Positions 1-8,879 of a stretch of 52,004 nucleotides of DNA are shown here, one piece after another; position 1 is the first letter of the stretch, and every line of letters begins with the position of its first letter. The DNA is from Candidatus Peregrinibacteria bacterium (lineage in GTDB: Bacteria > Patescibacteriota > Gracilibacteria > Peribacterales > Peribacteraceae). Position numbers and translations under genes: made by a program. Below the pieces are notes generated by a model. That model was not told the origin of the DNA. It did not search any database and worked only from the letters and a program-made list of their open reading frames with translations. Where the stretch lies: the NCBI GenBank assembly GCA_037143575.1, contig JBAWYM010000003.1, forward strand, positions 1-52,004, in the 5' to 3' direction.

Positions 1-18
1 TCTTTCCCTACTCAAATC

Positions 19-276
19 ATGATTGTTTCACCAACCAAAAAAGTTACCAGAGCCGCATTGTGTCACAATTCTTTCCGTACTCGCTGCAGTTCGTCGGCTG
101 CGCATGTTCTCAGAATGATCGCGATACATTTGGGAGTTCCCATCGATGTATCTGATGTTTCTCCTCAAATCACACCGGTGGAGATGATCGACAAATTGGA
201 GGAGGCAATTCAGAGAAAAATTGATTCTCTTGTTCCCAGCGAAGAACGTGCGGATTTTGCATTGGAGAAAGTCTGA
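19..276 (+). CDS. Hypothetical protein, probably the 3' end of a gene starting before the window
   Basis: ORF at the window edge ending 43 nt before secA; no recognisable motif. Confidence 0.3.
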   Translation: MIVSPTKKVTRAALCHNSFRTRCSSSAAHVLRMIAIHLGVPIDVSDVSPQITPVEMIDKLEEAIQRKIDSLVPSEERADFALEKV

Positions 277-319
277 GGAACTCGTGATTCTTCCAGTCAC
301 TCTGCTACTCTAGTTCTAC

Positions 320-3070
320 ATGGGTGTTATCGACGTCATGAACCGTATGCTCGGCGACCCGAATGAGAAGGAGCTCAAAAAGCTTCGTCCGATTGTGCCG
401 CTGGTGCGCGCTGCAGGAAATACACCGGCGATCACGGGGCTGACGCTCGAAGATTTGCCCAAGAGAACAGAGGAATTCAGGAAACGGATTGCAGCAGGGG
501 AGTCCCTCGATGCCCTTCTCCCCGAGGCCTTCGCCGCTGTCATCCGCGCATGTGAACTGATTAAGGGAAAGACCGCCACACTCGGAAAGCAGACCTTCAT
601 CTGGAACATGGTGCCCTTCGATGTGCAGATCATTGGAGGAGCTGTGCTCCATCAGGGCAATATCGCGGAAATGCGGACGGGGGAAGGCAAAACCCTTGTG
701 TGTACTTTGCCGGTGTACCTCAATGCACTGACGGGGAAAGGCGTGCATGTGGTGACGGTGAACGACTACCTCGCCAAGCGCGACGCGCTGTGGATGGGCA
801 TGCTCTACGAAGCGCTGGGACTCACGGTGGGGACGATCGTCCACGAGAAAACCAATGACGAACGGAAGGCCGCCTATGCCTGTGATGTGACCTACGGAAC
901 GAACAACGAATTCGGTTTCGACTACCTGCGCGATAACATGGTGGGCTCACTCAACCGTCAGGTGCAGCGCGGACTGCACTACGCCATCGTCGACGAAGTG
1001 GACTCCATTCTCGTCGACGAAGCGCGGACCCCGCTCATCATCAGCCAGCCAGCGGAGGAATCCACGGACAAGTACCGGCAGTATGCGATCCTGGTGAAGA
1101 ATCTCGAAGAGACCACGCACTACACCAAAGATGAGAAGCAGCGCACCGCTGTCCTCACAGAAGATGGTGTGAAGAAGATGGAGGAGCTCCTTGGAGTGGA
1201 AAATATCTACACGGACAAGGGATTTTCGGAAGTGCATCACATCGAGCAGGCATTGCGAGCGCATGCGATTTACCTGCGCGACGTCGACTACGTTTCCAAG
1301 GACGGTGAGATCATCATCGTGGATGAATTCACCGGCCGCCTTATGCAGGGACGCCGCTACAGCCATGGCCTGCATCAGGCGATCGAAGCGAAGGAAGGCG
1401 TGGAAGTGCAGCGCGAATCCAAAACCCTCGCAACCATCACCTTTCAGAATTACTTCCGCCTCTTTTCCAAGCTCGCTGGCATGACGGGAACGGCGAAGAC
1501 TGAGGAGGAGGAATTCGAATCGATCTACAAGCTTCGCGTCATCATTGTTCCCACAAATATGCCGATGGTCCGCAATGACCGCGCCGATGCGATCTACCGG
1601 ACGGTGGAAGCGAAGTTCAAGGCAGTCGCGAAGATCGCGAAGGAGAAACACACCAAAGGCCAGCCCGTGCTCATCGGCACGACGTCCATCGAGAAGTCCG
1701 AAGCTATGAGTGCGCTGCTCAAAATCGAGAACGTCCCGCACTCCGTCCTCAATGCCAAGCAGCACGAGAAGGAAGCCGAGATCGTGGCGGGCGCGGGGCA
1801 GAAGGGCTCCATCACCATCGCGACGAACATGGCCGGACGCGGAACGGACATCAAGCTCGGTGAAGGTGTAGCTGAGGTCGGCGGTCTCTGCATCCTCGGC
1901 ACGGAACGCCACGAAGCCCGCCGCATCGATAATCAGCTGCGCGGCCGCTCCGGACGTCAGGGCGATCCGGGAGAAAGCCAGTTCTTCGTCTCCATGGAGG
2001 ATGACCTCATGCGCCTCTTCGGCGGTGACCGGCTCAAGTCCATGATGGAGAGATTGCACGTTCCCGACGATGTGCCACTGGAGAACGGCATCGTGTCGCG
2101 CTCCATCGAAGGCGCGCAGAAGAAGGTGGAAGGCCACAACTTCGATATCCGCCGCCATGTGGTGCAGTACGACGACGTGATGAACAAGCACCGCCATATC
2201 ATCTACGGACGCCGGCAGAAGATCCTGGAACGGCTCGCGGAGTCGGAAGGAAACCAAAATATTATGACCCAGCAGCACCCCTCCGTGGGTGCGGTGTCTG
2301 CACCGGAACCCCATCCCCTCCACGAGGACATCCTCATTGCCATCGGAAATGAAATCCGGTCTCTCGCAATGACGCACTCGACGAATGACGATCCGACGGA
2401 ATGGAACTTCACCGCCATCCGCGACAACCTGATCGCGCTCCACCCATCCTTCGGCGATGTGATCACGCTCGAGAAACTCCAGACCTTCAGTGAGCGCGAC
2501 GAACTCTCCGAAGCCCTCACCAAAACCGTCCAGGCGTTCTACGAGGAGAAGTGCAAGAGCGAGAAGCCCGATACCGTCGCCCAGGCCGAACGCATTGTGA
2601 ATCTCCAGTCCATCGACACGCACTGGATGGACCACATCGACGACATGTCGCATCTCCGCGAACAGGTGGCCTTCGCCGGCTACGCTCAGCGCGATCCATT
2701 AATCGAATACAAGGACCAGGGCTTCCGCCGCTTCCAGCAGCTCATCGCGACGATCGACCGGACGATCGTCAATACCCTCCTCCAAGTCGACTTCGCCGCC
2801 TTCGAGCCGCGTGTCTTCCAAATGCAAACGGAGGAAGAAATGCAGAACCTCCAGACGAACGAAGGACAGATCGAGGGATCACTGACTGGTGGAGCGTCCA
2901 CCGATAAGTTACAAGCCATCAGCGAGGGGAATGCTCCGGCGCTGTCTGCGGCACTGAAAACTCAAAATACGAAATCGACGGCTGCGAGTGCGCAGAGAGT
3001 TGGGAGAAATGATGCGTGTCCGTGTGGCTCAGGAAAAAAATATAAGAAGTGTCATGGGAAGGAAATTTAA
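320..3070 (+). CDS. secA: Preprotein translocase ATPase SecA
   Basis: MRTGEGKT Walker A, DEVDSILVDEARTPLIIS, ATNMAGRGTDIKL, RRIDNQLRGRSGRQGDPG and C-terminal SEC-C motif GRNDACPCGSGKKYKKCHG. Confidence 0.99.
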   Translation: MGVIDVMNRMLGDPNEKELKKLRPIVPLVRAAGNTPAITGLTLEDLPKRTEEFRKRIAAGESLDALLPEAFAAVIRACELIKGKTATLGKQTFIWNMVPFDVQIIGGAVLHQGNIAEMRTGEGKTLVCTLPVYLNALTGKGVHVVTVNDYLAKRDALWMGMLYEALGLTVGTIVHEKTNDERKAAYACDVTYGTNNEFGFDYLRDNMVGSLNRQVQRGLHYAIVDEVDSILVDEARTPLIISQPAEESTDKYRQYAILVKNLEETTHYTKDEKQRTAVLTEDGVKKMEELLGVENIYTDKGFSEVHHIEQALRAHAIYLRDVDYVSKDGEIIIVDEFTGRLMQGRRYSHGLHQAIEAKEGVEVQRESKTLATITFQNYFRLFSKLAGMTGTAKTEEEEFESIYKLRVIIVPTNMPMVRNDRADAIYRTVEAKFKAVAKIAKEKHTKGQPVLIGTTSIEKSEAMSALLKIENVPHSVLNAKQHEKEAEIVAGAGQKGSITIATNMAGRGTDIKLGEGVAEVGGLCILGTERHEARRIDNQLRGRSGRQGDPGESQFFVSMEDDLMRLFGGDRLKSMMERLHVPDDVPLENGIVSRSIEGAQKKVEGHNFDIRRHVVQYDDVMNKHRHIIYGRRQKILERLAESEGNQNIMTQQHPSVGAVSAPEPHPLHEDILIAIGNEIRSLAMTHSTNDDPTEWNFTAIRDNLIALHPSFGDVITLEKLQTFSERDELSEALTKTVQAFYEEKCKSEKPDTVAQAERIVNLQSIDTHWMDHIDDMSHLREQVAFAGYAQRDPLIEYKDQGFRRFQQLIATIDRTIVNTLLQVDFAAFEPRVFQMQTEEEMQNLQTNEGQIEGSLTGGASTDKLQAISEGNAPALSAALKTQNTKSTAASAQRVGRNDACPCGSGKKYKKCHGKEI

Positions 3071-3164
3071 TCGCAGTTGGGATTCACGAATCCCAGTTTC
3101 AAAATCAATGGTGATAGGAATGAGCCTTCTCAAATATAACAAGAATCCAGAATACTTAATGCTC

Positions 3165-3716
3165 TCACCTGTCTTTAGCGCCAATATTATGAATAAGAAA
3201 ATCTGCAAGAACATACTTTTCTGAAAATTGATTATTTGGACGATCAATACCAATCCACAGAATAGGCGGGCGATAAGCCGCAGTGAGTTCAGTAATAAGC
3301 CTGTCAAAATGAGACCGTATTTTCCCAACATCCCCCTTTCTTCTGAATGAACAATCATCAATCGCATTAAAAAGTATCAAACCATTGGTATAACTATAAA
3401 ATTCTGCATTTTGGTCCATCCGCACCATCATCGTTGGTGTATTATCCTCATCGATACAACCTCCCATAGACCCAGTCGCGATCCTTTTCTTGTGAAGTAA
3501 TTGTATAAGTCTGCATGAAACCCAGGTCTTCCCAACCGTTGGAGCGGCTCCATTGATCGCAACCACACCCTGAAGCAATCCTGTATGCTTCCTACGATGC
3601 TCTTCCATCATCAATTCAATTCTCGTAACAATAGGAAATAGAGCTTCGACATCGTCTTTACCAAGATTGATAGTTTCCGGAGAGGCCAATGAGGTTTGAA
3701 ACGCGGGGTTTCCCAT
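3165..3716 (-). CDS. AT-rich hypothetical protein with a possible degenerate P-loop
   Basis: Open frame (track ORF 3165-3767; start placed at MGNPAF, 3716). VVAINGAAPTVGKT resembles a Walker A strand-loop. Visibly AT-richer than flanks. Confidence 0.55.
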   Translation of the reverse strand: MGNPAFQTSLASPETINLGKDDVEALFPIVTRIELMMEEHRRKHTGLLQGVVAINGAAPTVGKTWVSCRLIQLLHKKRIATGSMGGCIDEDNTPTMMVRMDQNAEFYSYTNGLILFNAIDDCSFRRKGDVGKIRSHFDRLITELTAAYRPPILWIGIDRPNNQFSEKYVLADFLIHNIGAKDR

Positions 3717-3849
3717 TAGATATACTATCTTACAATACATCATCGAATTTGCAATATCGGAACTCACATTCCAAGCTGGAGCAATTTTGAGGCTATACTT
3801 CGCTTAAGATCTTCGTTGTAGTTCTCATAATATCTCTCTCATCCCTAAC

Positions 3850-4818
3850 ATGAAGCTCAAAGACATTATCGGCCACGAAGACATCCGCGAGGCGCTGAGG
3901 CTGGACCTAGAGACCGGCAATGTATCGCATGCCTACCTCTTCGAGGGACCCATACACCTGGGGAAGATGACTGTTGCACATCAGTTCGCAGCGGATCTCC
4001 TCACGTGGGGATTGAGTCCGGAGGAGCGGAAGCACGTCCTCCACGACTGCGAGCGCCTCACCCATCCCGATCTTCTCGTCCTCGATCAGCTCTGGATCGA
4101 AGAGAAATCAGAGAACTGGGAGCGGATCGGCGAAACGTCCAACGCGCCGCAGCTGCATCGGAGTAAGAAGCCCACCGCCAAGACCGACACCATTTCCATC
4201 GAAGATATCCGTGCGCTGCAGGAACTCTTGTACGAAACACCTGCCGGGAAATTCCGCGTGTGCATCATCCGCTCCATCGAGCGCATGCAAGAAGCCGCCG
4301 CTACGACCCTCCTGAAAATTCTGGAAGAGCCCCCCGCTCCGGTGGTTTTCCTCTTCACCACCGCATCCCTTCAGTCCCTCCTCCCCACTATTATTTCCCG
4401 CATGCGTATGTTGCGGTTCCACCCTCTTCCGCAGTCCAAGCTCTCGCCGCTCCTCGCACTGACTCCGGAGGAAGACCGGGAATTTATTCTCCACGTGGCA
4501 CAGGGTGCACCGGGCATTGTGCAGATGCTCAAGGGTGACCCGGAGGCGCTCCGCAATCACCGGCTCCTGCACACGAAAGCGCTCTCCTTCTGGCGGACGA
4601 GCTCCATCAAAGACCGCCTGCACATCCTGCAGCCACTCACTGAACGCGGAGAGGCATCGGAGGAGCTCCTCCTGCATCTCGCACTAGCCCTGCGGGAGCA
4701 TCAGGAAATGAGTCCTGTTCATGCACCGGCATTTGCGAAGCTGGTCGCCGGATTGAGGACGAATGCGCACAGGGGATTGATTGCGCAGAGGTTTGCGTTT
4801 GAAGTACAAGCAAAATGA
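3850..4818 (+). CDS. holB: DNA polymerase III subunit delta'
   Basis: IIGHE...SHAYLFEGPIHLGK, HPDLL, ISIEDIR, AATTLLKILEEPP, LLPTIISR clamp-loader motifs. Confidence 0.9.
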   Translation: MKLKDIIGHEDIREALRLDLETGNVSHAYLFEGPIHLGKMTVAHQFAADLLTWGLSPEERKHVLHDCERLTHPDLLVLDQLWIEEKSENWERIGETSNAPQLHRSKKPTAKTDTISIEDIRALQELLYETPAGKFRVCIIRSIERMQEAAATTLLKILEEPPAPVVFLFTTASLQSLLPTIISRMRMLRFHPLPQSKLSPLLALTPEEDREFILHVAQGAPGIVQMLKGDPEALRNHRLLHTKALSFWRTSSIKDRLHILQPLTERGEASEELLLHLALALREHQEMSPVHAPAFAKLVAGLRTNAHRGLIAQRFAFEVQAK

Positions 4819-4940
4819 CCAAGTACCAAATCCCAAGTACCAAGGAAGAACCAATATTCAAATCAAAATAATCAGATTTCGGAATTGGTGATTGAGATTT
4901 GGAAATTCCCTGGTCATTGTGATTTGGGATTTGGTCCTTC
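4814..4940. repeat. Heptamer tandem arms (AATGACC/AAGTACC ... TGGTCAT/TGGGATT) forming an imperfect inverted repeat
   Basis: aatgacc aagtacc aaatacc aagtacc overlaps the holB stop; tggtcat tgtgatt tgggatt tggtcct precedes the next gene. Confidence 0.85.
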
Positions 4941-4994
4941 TTTTCCCACTACCTGCCTTGTTCAACAGGGATTCGACGGGTACCCTTCTCCTTC

Positions 4995-5759
4995 GTGATC
5001 TACGTCTACGTCCTCTTCGGCTCTCTTTTGGGCATTCTCCTGATCCTGGGGAGTCGTGTCCTCCTTCGCCATAGCGCGGTACGACACTTCGTACGGGGCA
5101 TTCGTCAGCGCACAGATCTCGCAGAGGGACGAGGTAGCGTGATCCTTGAGGAGACCATTGTGGAGAAACCCCGCAAGAGTCCGCGCATCTCGGCCATCGA
5201 ACTCCAGCAGGTGCGCTCTCTGGCCCGGGATGCCGAGAAGGCCATTGCGCAGAACAAAACGGATGAAGCGGAACGGCTCTTCATTCAGGCCCTCACCATC
5301 AATAGCAAAGCCTATGAAATCCAAGCGCAGCTCGCCAAGCTCTACCTTCATACGAACCGCGACCACAAAGCCGAGGCGATGTACCGCGAATTACTCCAGC
5401 ACAGCGACGACGTTTCCTATCACGCCAATCTAGGACTCGCCTATCACCGGCAGGGGAAATATGTGGATGCCTGCCATGCGTATCAGGAAGCGCTGAACCG
5501 CGATGCCAAGAATCCCGAGCGCAGCGCCGCCCTCGGCCGCGCCTGCATCGCCGCACAGCGCTACCCCGAGGCCGCCCTCCTCCTCGAAAAAGCCGTCGCG
5601 AGAATGTCCAAAGACACGACACTGATGCACCTCCTCGCAGAGTGTTACCTGCAGCTGGGGCACAAGGACAAAGCAGAGGAAGTGTACCGGCGCATCAATA
5701 AGCTGGAGCCGTATGATGAGGCGGTGAAGCAGAAATTGAGCGCGCTGTCGAAAGGATGA
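4995..5759 (+). CDS. Membrane-anchored tetratricopeptide repeat protein
   Basis: N-terminal hydrophobic helix followed by TPR-like units (ANLGLAYHRQGKYVDACHAYQEAL; LLAECYLQLGHKDKAEEVYRRI). Confidence 0.85.
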   Translation: MIYVYVLFGSLLGILLILGSRVLLRHSAVRHFVRGIRQRTDLAEGRGSVILEETIVEKPRKSPRISAIELQQVRSLARDAEKAIAQNKTDEAERLFIQALTINSKAYEIQAQLAKLYLHTNRDHKAEAMYRELLQHSDDVSYHANLGLAYHRQGKYVDACHAYQEALNRDAKNPERSAALGRACIAAQRYPEAALLLEKAVARMSKDTTLMHLLAECYLQLGHKDKAEEVYRRINKLEPYDEAVKQKLSALSKG

Positions 5760-5767
5760 AGCGAGAA

Positions 5768-5855
5768 AGTTATTGGTTGATTAGTTTTTAGTTATTAGTT
5801 TCTTTCTATGAGGATCATCACAGGAAGTAACTATTAACTAATAACTAGTAACCAG
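5768..5855. repeat. TAGTTAT heptamer inverted arms between convergent genes
   Basis: agttattggttgattagtttttagttattagtt ... aactattaactaataactagtaacc. Confidence 0.85.
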
Positions 5856-5866
5856 AAACTACATCA

Positions 5867-6151
5867 TCAATTCTCCAGCACTTCGACCTCCACATCCCCC
5901 TGCACGATCGCTTGGCACCCCAGCCGCTCCGTGGGATCGGTGACGCCGAGATTTTCTTCTTGTCCTGTCCGCTCCCCGAGGTGCTCGCCGCCTTTGCGAA
6001 TCTTGCACTTACACGTGGTGCAAAATCCATTGCCACCGCAGGCTCCCTCCATGGGAACACCCTTGGCCTGGGCGATGGTGAAGAGCGACTCTCCTTCGGC
6101 CGCCTCGACGACCTGAGGCTTTCCTTTGATGATGTAGGTGATGGTAGGCAT
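5867..6151 (-). CDS. 2Fe-2S ferredoxin (adrenodoxin/Fdx type)
   Basis: GACGGNGFCTTCKC ... RLGCQ cysteine pattern; 94 aa. Confidence 0.92.
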   Translation of the reverse strand: MPTITYIIKGKPQVVEAAEGESLFTIAQAKGVPMEGACGGNGFCTTCKCKIRKGGEHLGERTGQEENLGVTDPTERLGCQAIVQGDVEVEVLEN

Positions 6152-6202
6152 GGCAGCAGTATGCAGGAAGCAGTATCAAAAGAAAAAGCCTTTCGAAGAA
6201 AC

Positions 6203-6234
6203 CCTTAATACTTAATACTTGATACATAATACTT
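6203..6234 (+). repeat. TAATACT heptamer tandem array directly before the sufC ATG
   Basis: cttaatacttaatacttgatacataatactt-ATG. Confidence 0.8.
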
Positions 6235-7020
6235 ATGCGTCCTCCTCTCCTATCACTGAGCAGCTTCTCCGTCTCTGCCTCATCAAAGGAGATCATTCAT
6301 GCTCTCGATCTCACGATCAAGGAAGGCGAGGTCCACGCAATCATGGGGCCCAATGGTTCGGGAAAGTCCACGCTCGTCACAGCACTCATGGGCCATCCGT
6401 CCCTGACGATCACCGCAACGAAGGCGACGTTTCGCGGAAAGAATCTCCTCACGCTCGCAGCGCACGAACGGGCGGAGGCAGGGCTCTTCCTCGCCTTCCA
6501 GCACCCGCGGGAAATCGGCGGGGTGAGCCTGCGAAGCTTCCTCTACGCTGCGTTCAGCGCCCAGATGAAAGCACGAAGTCCCAAGAAGCAACTCTTCTCC
6601 CCCATCGTCTTCGCGGAATTGCTGGAAAAGAAAATGAAGCTCCTGCATATGGACCCGGCATTGGCTGAGCGCGCGGTGAATGTGGGATTTTCGGGTGGGG
6701 AAAAAAAGAAAGCCGAGGCACTGCAGCTCCTCATTCTGGAGCCGCGCCTCTCCCTTTTGGATGAAACGGATTCCGGTCTCGATCTGGATGCTCTCAGGAT
6801 CGTTGCGGAAAATTTGAAGATCCTCCGGACATCCCGCGCAAAAAATCAGCCGCCCTTCTCCGCCATCATCGTCACCCACCATGCGCACATTCTCGATTTC
6901 CTGAAACCGGACAGAGTGCACGTGATGGTGAAAGGGAGGATTGTGAAAAGTGGCGGGAGGGAGTTGGTGAAAAAACTGGAGAAGGAGGGGTACGCAAAGT
7001 TCAAAATGGAGAATGTATAA
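6235..7020 (+). CDS. sufC: Fe-S cluster assembly ATPase SufC
   Basis: GEVHAIMGPNGSGKST, GLFLAFQHP, VNVGFSGGEKKKAE, LDETDSGLDLDAL, KPDRVHVM. Confidence 0.96.
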   Translation: MRPPLLSLSSFSVSASSKEIIHALDLTIKEGEVHAIMGPNGSGKSTLVTALMGHPSLTITATKATFRGKNLLTLAAHERAEAGLFLAFQHPREIGGVSLRSFLYAAFSAQMKARSPKKQLFSPIVFAELLEKKMKLLHMDPALAERAVNVGFSGGEKKKAEALQLLILEPRLSLLDETDSGLDLDALRIVAENLKILRTSRAKNQPPFSAIIVTHHAHILDFLKPDRVHVMVKGRIVKSGGRELVKKLEKEGYAKFKMENV

Positions 7021-7090
7021 TGGAGAATGTAGAATTCTCTTTCAAATACTACATTCATTCTACATTTTACATTCTCCATTCTACATTTCC
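7003..7090. repeat. AATGGAG/AATGTAG heptamer hairpin element overlapping the sufC stop
   Basis: aatggag aatgtat aatggag aatgtag ... cattcta catttta cattctc cattcta; shares two 19-nt exact matches with the 16S insertion. Confidence 0.9.
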
Positions 7091-7132
7091 CCGACTATCG
7101 TGATACAGTTGTATCCCTTCCCCACCCCCTTT

Positions 7133-7885
7133 ATGGAAAACGATTGCTGCAAGCCCCACCACGCTCACGCCTGGATCCTCCTCGTCACGGTCATCCTCGC
7201 TGCTGGCGCGTATCTCGTCGGTAAAGAAATCGAAGTGCGCGGCTATACACCGGTCACGGTGAATGTCGATGCCGAAGGAAAAGTCACCGCTGTCCCGGAT
7301 ATCGCCGAGCTGCAATTCGGCGTACAGACTGCCCGCCAGAAATCCGCGCAGGCTGCCATGACCGAGCTCAAGACGAAGATGAATGCCGTCGTGGATGCAG
7401 TGAAGGCACAGGGCATCGAAGCTAAAGACATCACCACACAATCTCTCAGTCTCCTTCCCGTCTTCGACTACACGGACGGCAAACAGGTCCCGCAGGGCTT
7501 CGAAGCGAGCCAGTCACTCGTGGTGAAAGTCCGCAAGCTCGACTCCATCGGTGATATCTTGAATATCGCAGTCGCCAAAGGCAGCAATCAAATCGGGAGT
7601 GTCTCCTTCACCATCGATAACCCCACGCTATTGCGCAGCCAGGCCCGGACCCTCGCCATCACCCAGGCCAAAATCAAGGCTCAAGCATTGGCGTCGGAGC
7701 TTGGTATGTCGCTGGGCAAGATCAAAGGCTTCAGCGAAGGATCCGCCGGGTATCCTCCGGTACCGATGTACCGCAATACGATGATGAAATCGGACATGGC
7801 TGGCGCAGTCGCCGAGAGTGTGCCGGTCCCCACGGGCGAGCAGGAGATCGCGGTGAATGTGACGGTGACGTATGAGTTGCGGTAG
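7133..7885 (+). CDS. SIMPL domain (DUF541) protein
   Basis: TM helix, then VDAEGKVTAVPDIAELQFGV ... AQALASELGMSLGKI ... VPTGEQEIAVNVTVTYEL. Start placed at MENDCC. Confidence 0.92.
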   Translation: MENDCCKPHHAHAWILLVTVILAAGAYLVGKEIEVRGYTPVTVNVDAEGKVTAVPDIAELQFGVQTARQKSAQAAMTELKTKMNAVVDAVKAQGIEAKDITTQSLSLLPVFDYTDGKQVPQGFEASQSLVVKVRKLDSIGDILNIAVAKGSNQIGSVSFTIDNPTLLRSQARTLAITQAKIKAQALASELGMSLGKIKGFSEGSAGYPPVPMYRNTMMKSDMAGAVAESVPVPTGEQEIAVNVTVTYELR

Positions 7886-7980
7886 GTTTGAAAGGTTTTG
7901 AAGAGGTTAGAAACGCCTGAAAGGTTTGATAAGAACTACCTTTCTGGCTTTTCTAACTTTCTCCAAACCTTTCAAACTTC
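7884..7980. repeat. Two inverted copies of a ~45-nt 9-mer-based element (AGGTTTGAA...)
   Basis: + copy 7884-7931 follows the SIMPL stop; - copy ~7939-7979 overlaps the microprotein stop. Confidence 0.85.
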
Positions 7981-8118
7981 CTCGTCGTCGTCCTCCTCTC
8001 CCAACAAATCGCACGCACAATGCGTCTCCTCACACCCGCACCCGCCGCACTCCGGGCAGATATCTTCGCGACACAGATCACAGAGTACCGGGGGCTTCTT
8101 CGGGGAAAGAGTTTTCAT
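7972..8118 (-). CDS. 48-aa Cys-rich microprotein with acidic tail
   Basis: MKTLSPKKPPVLCDLCREDICPECGGCGCEETHCACDLLGEEDDDEEV: 8 Cys in CxxC/CxC pairs; pyrimidine-rich leader like neighbouring genes. Confidence 0.6.
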   Translation of the reverse strand: MKTLSPKKPPVLCDLCREDICPECGGCGCEETHCACDLLGEEDDDEEV

Positions 8119-8266
8119 GGAAGAAGGGTGAATGGGAGGAGTATTTTCTCTCTGAATAAGGATAGGAATCAAGAGGGCAACGGGAAATGGCTTCGAATAG
8201 CTCAATACCTCTAAATCTCTCAGGCCTCATTCACTTCATCCAAACTTGAAAGCATATCCTCCTCGC

Positions 8267-8755
8267 TCATAGACCAAATGGTTTCAGTTTTTCGTCCATT
8301 CTCCCCAATTTGTTAAATAGCCAAACAATTGTCACCTCAGGATCATTCCAACTTCGCGAAATTGCACCTCTGAATGTGCTATTTTTCCCTTCATAAATTT
8401 TCGCATTGTCTATTTCAAAATGAATACCAGGGACATTTTTTAAAGTAACGGAAATTGAACCATCCTTTCTTTCTTCAAAGAGAACGGATTCGGCATTCTT
8501 CCCAATGTACTTCTGCAACAATTGATCCAATCCCTGCCTGCTGAAGTTCTTCAGCAAGTTCCTTTCAAGCTTGTCCCGACTCAGATACATATTGACCATT
8601 TTTTTGGGATCTTTCAGGTTTACCAGCATTTCACGAGCCTCCTTTTCACTTTGTGAAATCATTACCAAGCGGAATGCAAAATCCTTTGCAACTTCTTTGT
8701 TCTTTTCGGCAATTCTTTCTTTCGATTCAGAGATGATGGGTCCGGTTTCTGACAT
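8267..8755 (-). CDS. AT-rich hypothetical protein
   Basis: 162-aa Lys/Glu-rich ORF from MSETGP, with TGTTATAAT upstream in an AT-rich stretch; no recognised family. Confidence 0.6.
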   Translation of the reverse strand: MSETGPIISESKERIAEKNKEVAKDFAFRLVMISQSEKEAREMLVNLKDPKKMVNMYLSRDKLERNLLKNFSRQGLDQLLQKYIGKNAESVLFEERKDGSISVTLKNVPGIHFEIDNAKIYEGKNSTFRGAISRSWNDPEVTIVWLFNKLGRMDEKLKPFGL

Positions 8756-8825
8756 TTGATGTGTTTGTGATAATAATATTATAACATTATTAAATATATG
8801 TATCAATCTGCTTGCTTTGAGTGCT

Positions 8826-8874
8826 ACCAAGCCTTTCAGGCCTTTCTAACCTCTTCCAAACCTTTTCAACCTCC
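8826..8874 (-). repeat. Third copy of the AGGTTTGAA-based element
   Basis: Reverse complement aggttgaaaaggtttggaagaggttagaaaggcctgaaagg aligns with 7884-7924; follows the permease stop. Confidence 0.85.
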
Positions 8875-8879
8875 GTCAC

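Noticed and set aside
947-2653. 568-aa antisense ORF and similar long shadows (8907-10037, 12678-13418, 21760-22572)
   Set aside because: They lie opposite well-supported genes, lack motifs, and are expected in GC-rich coding DNA.
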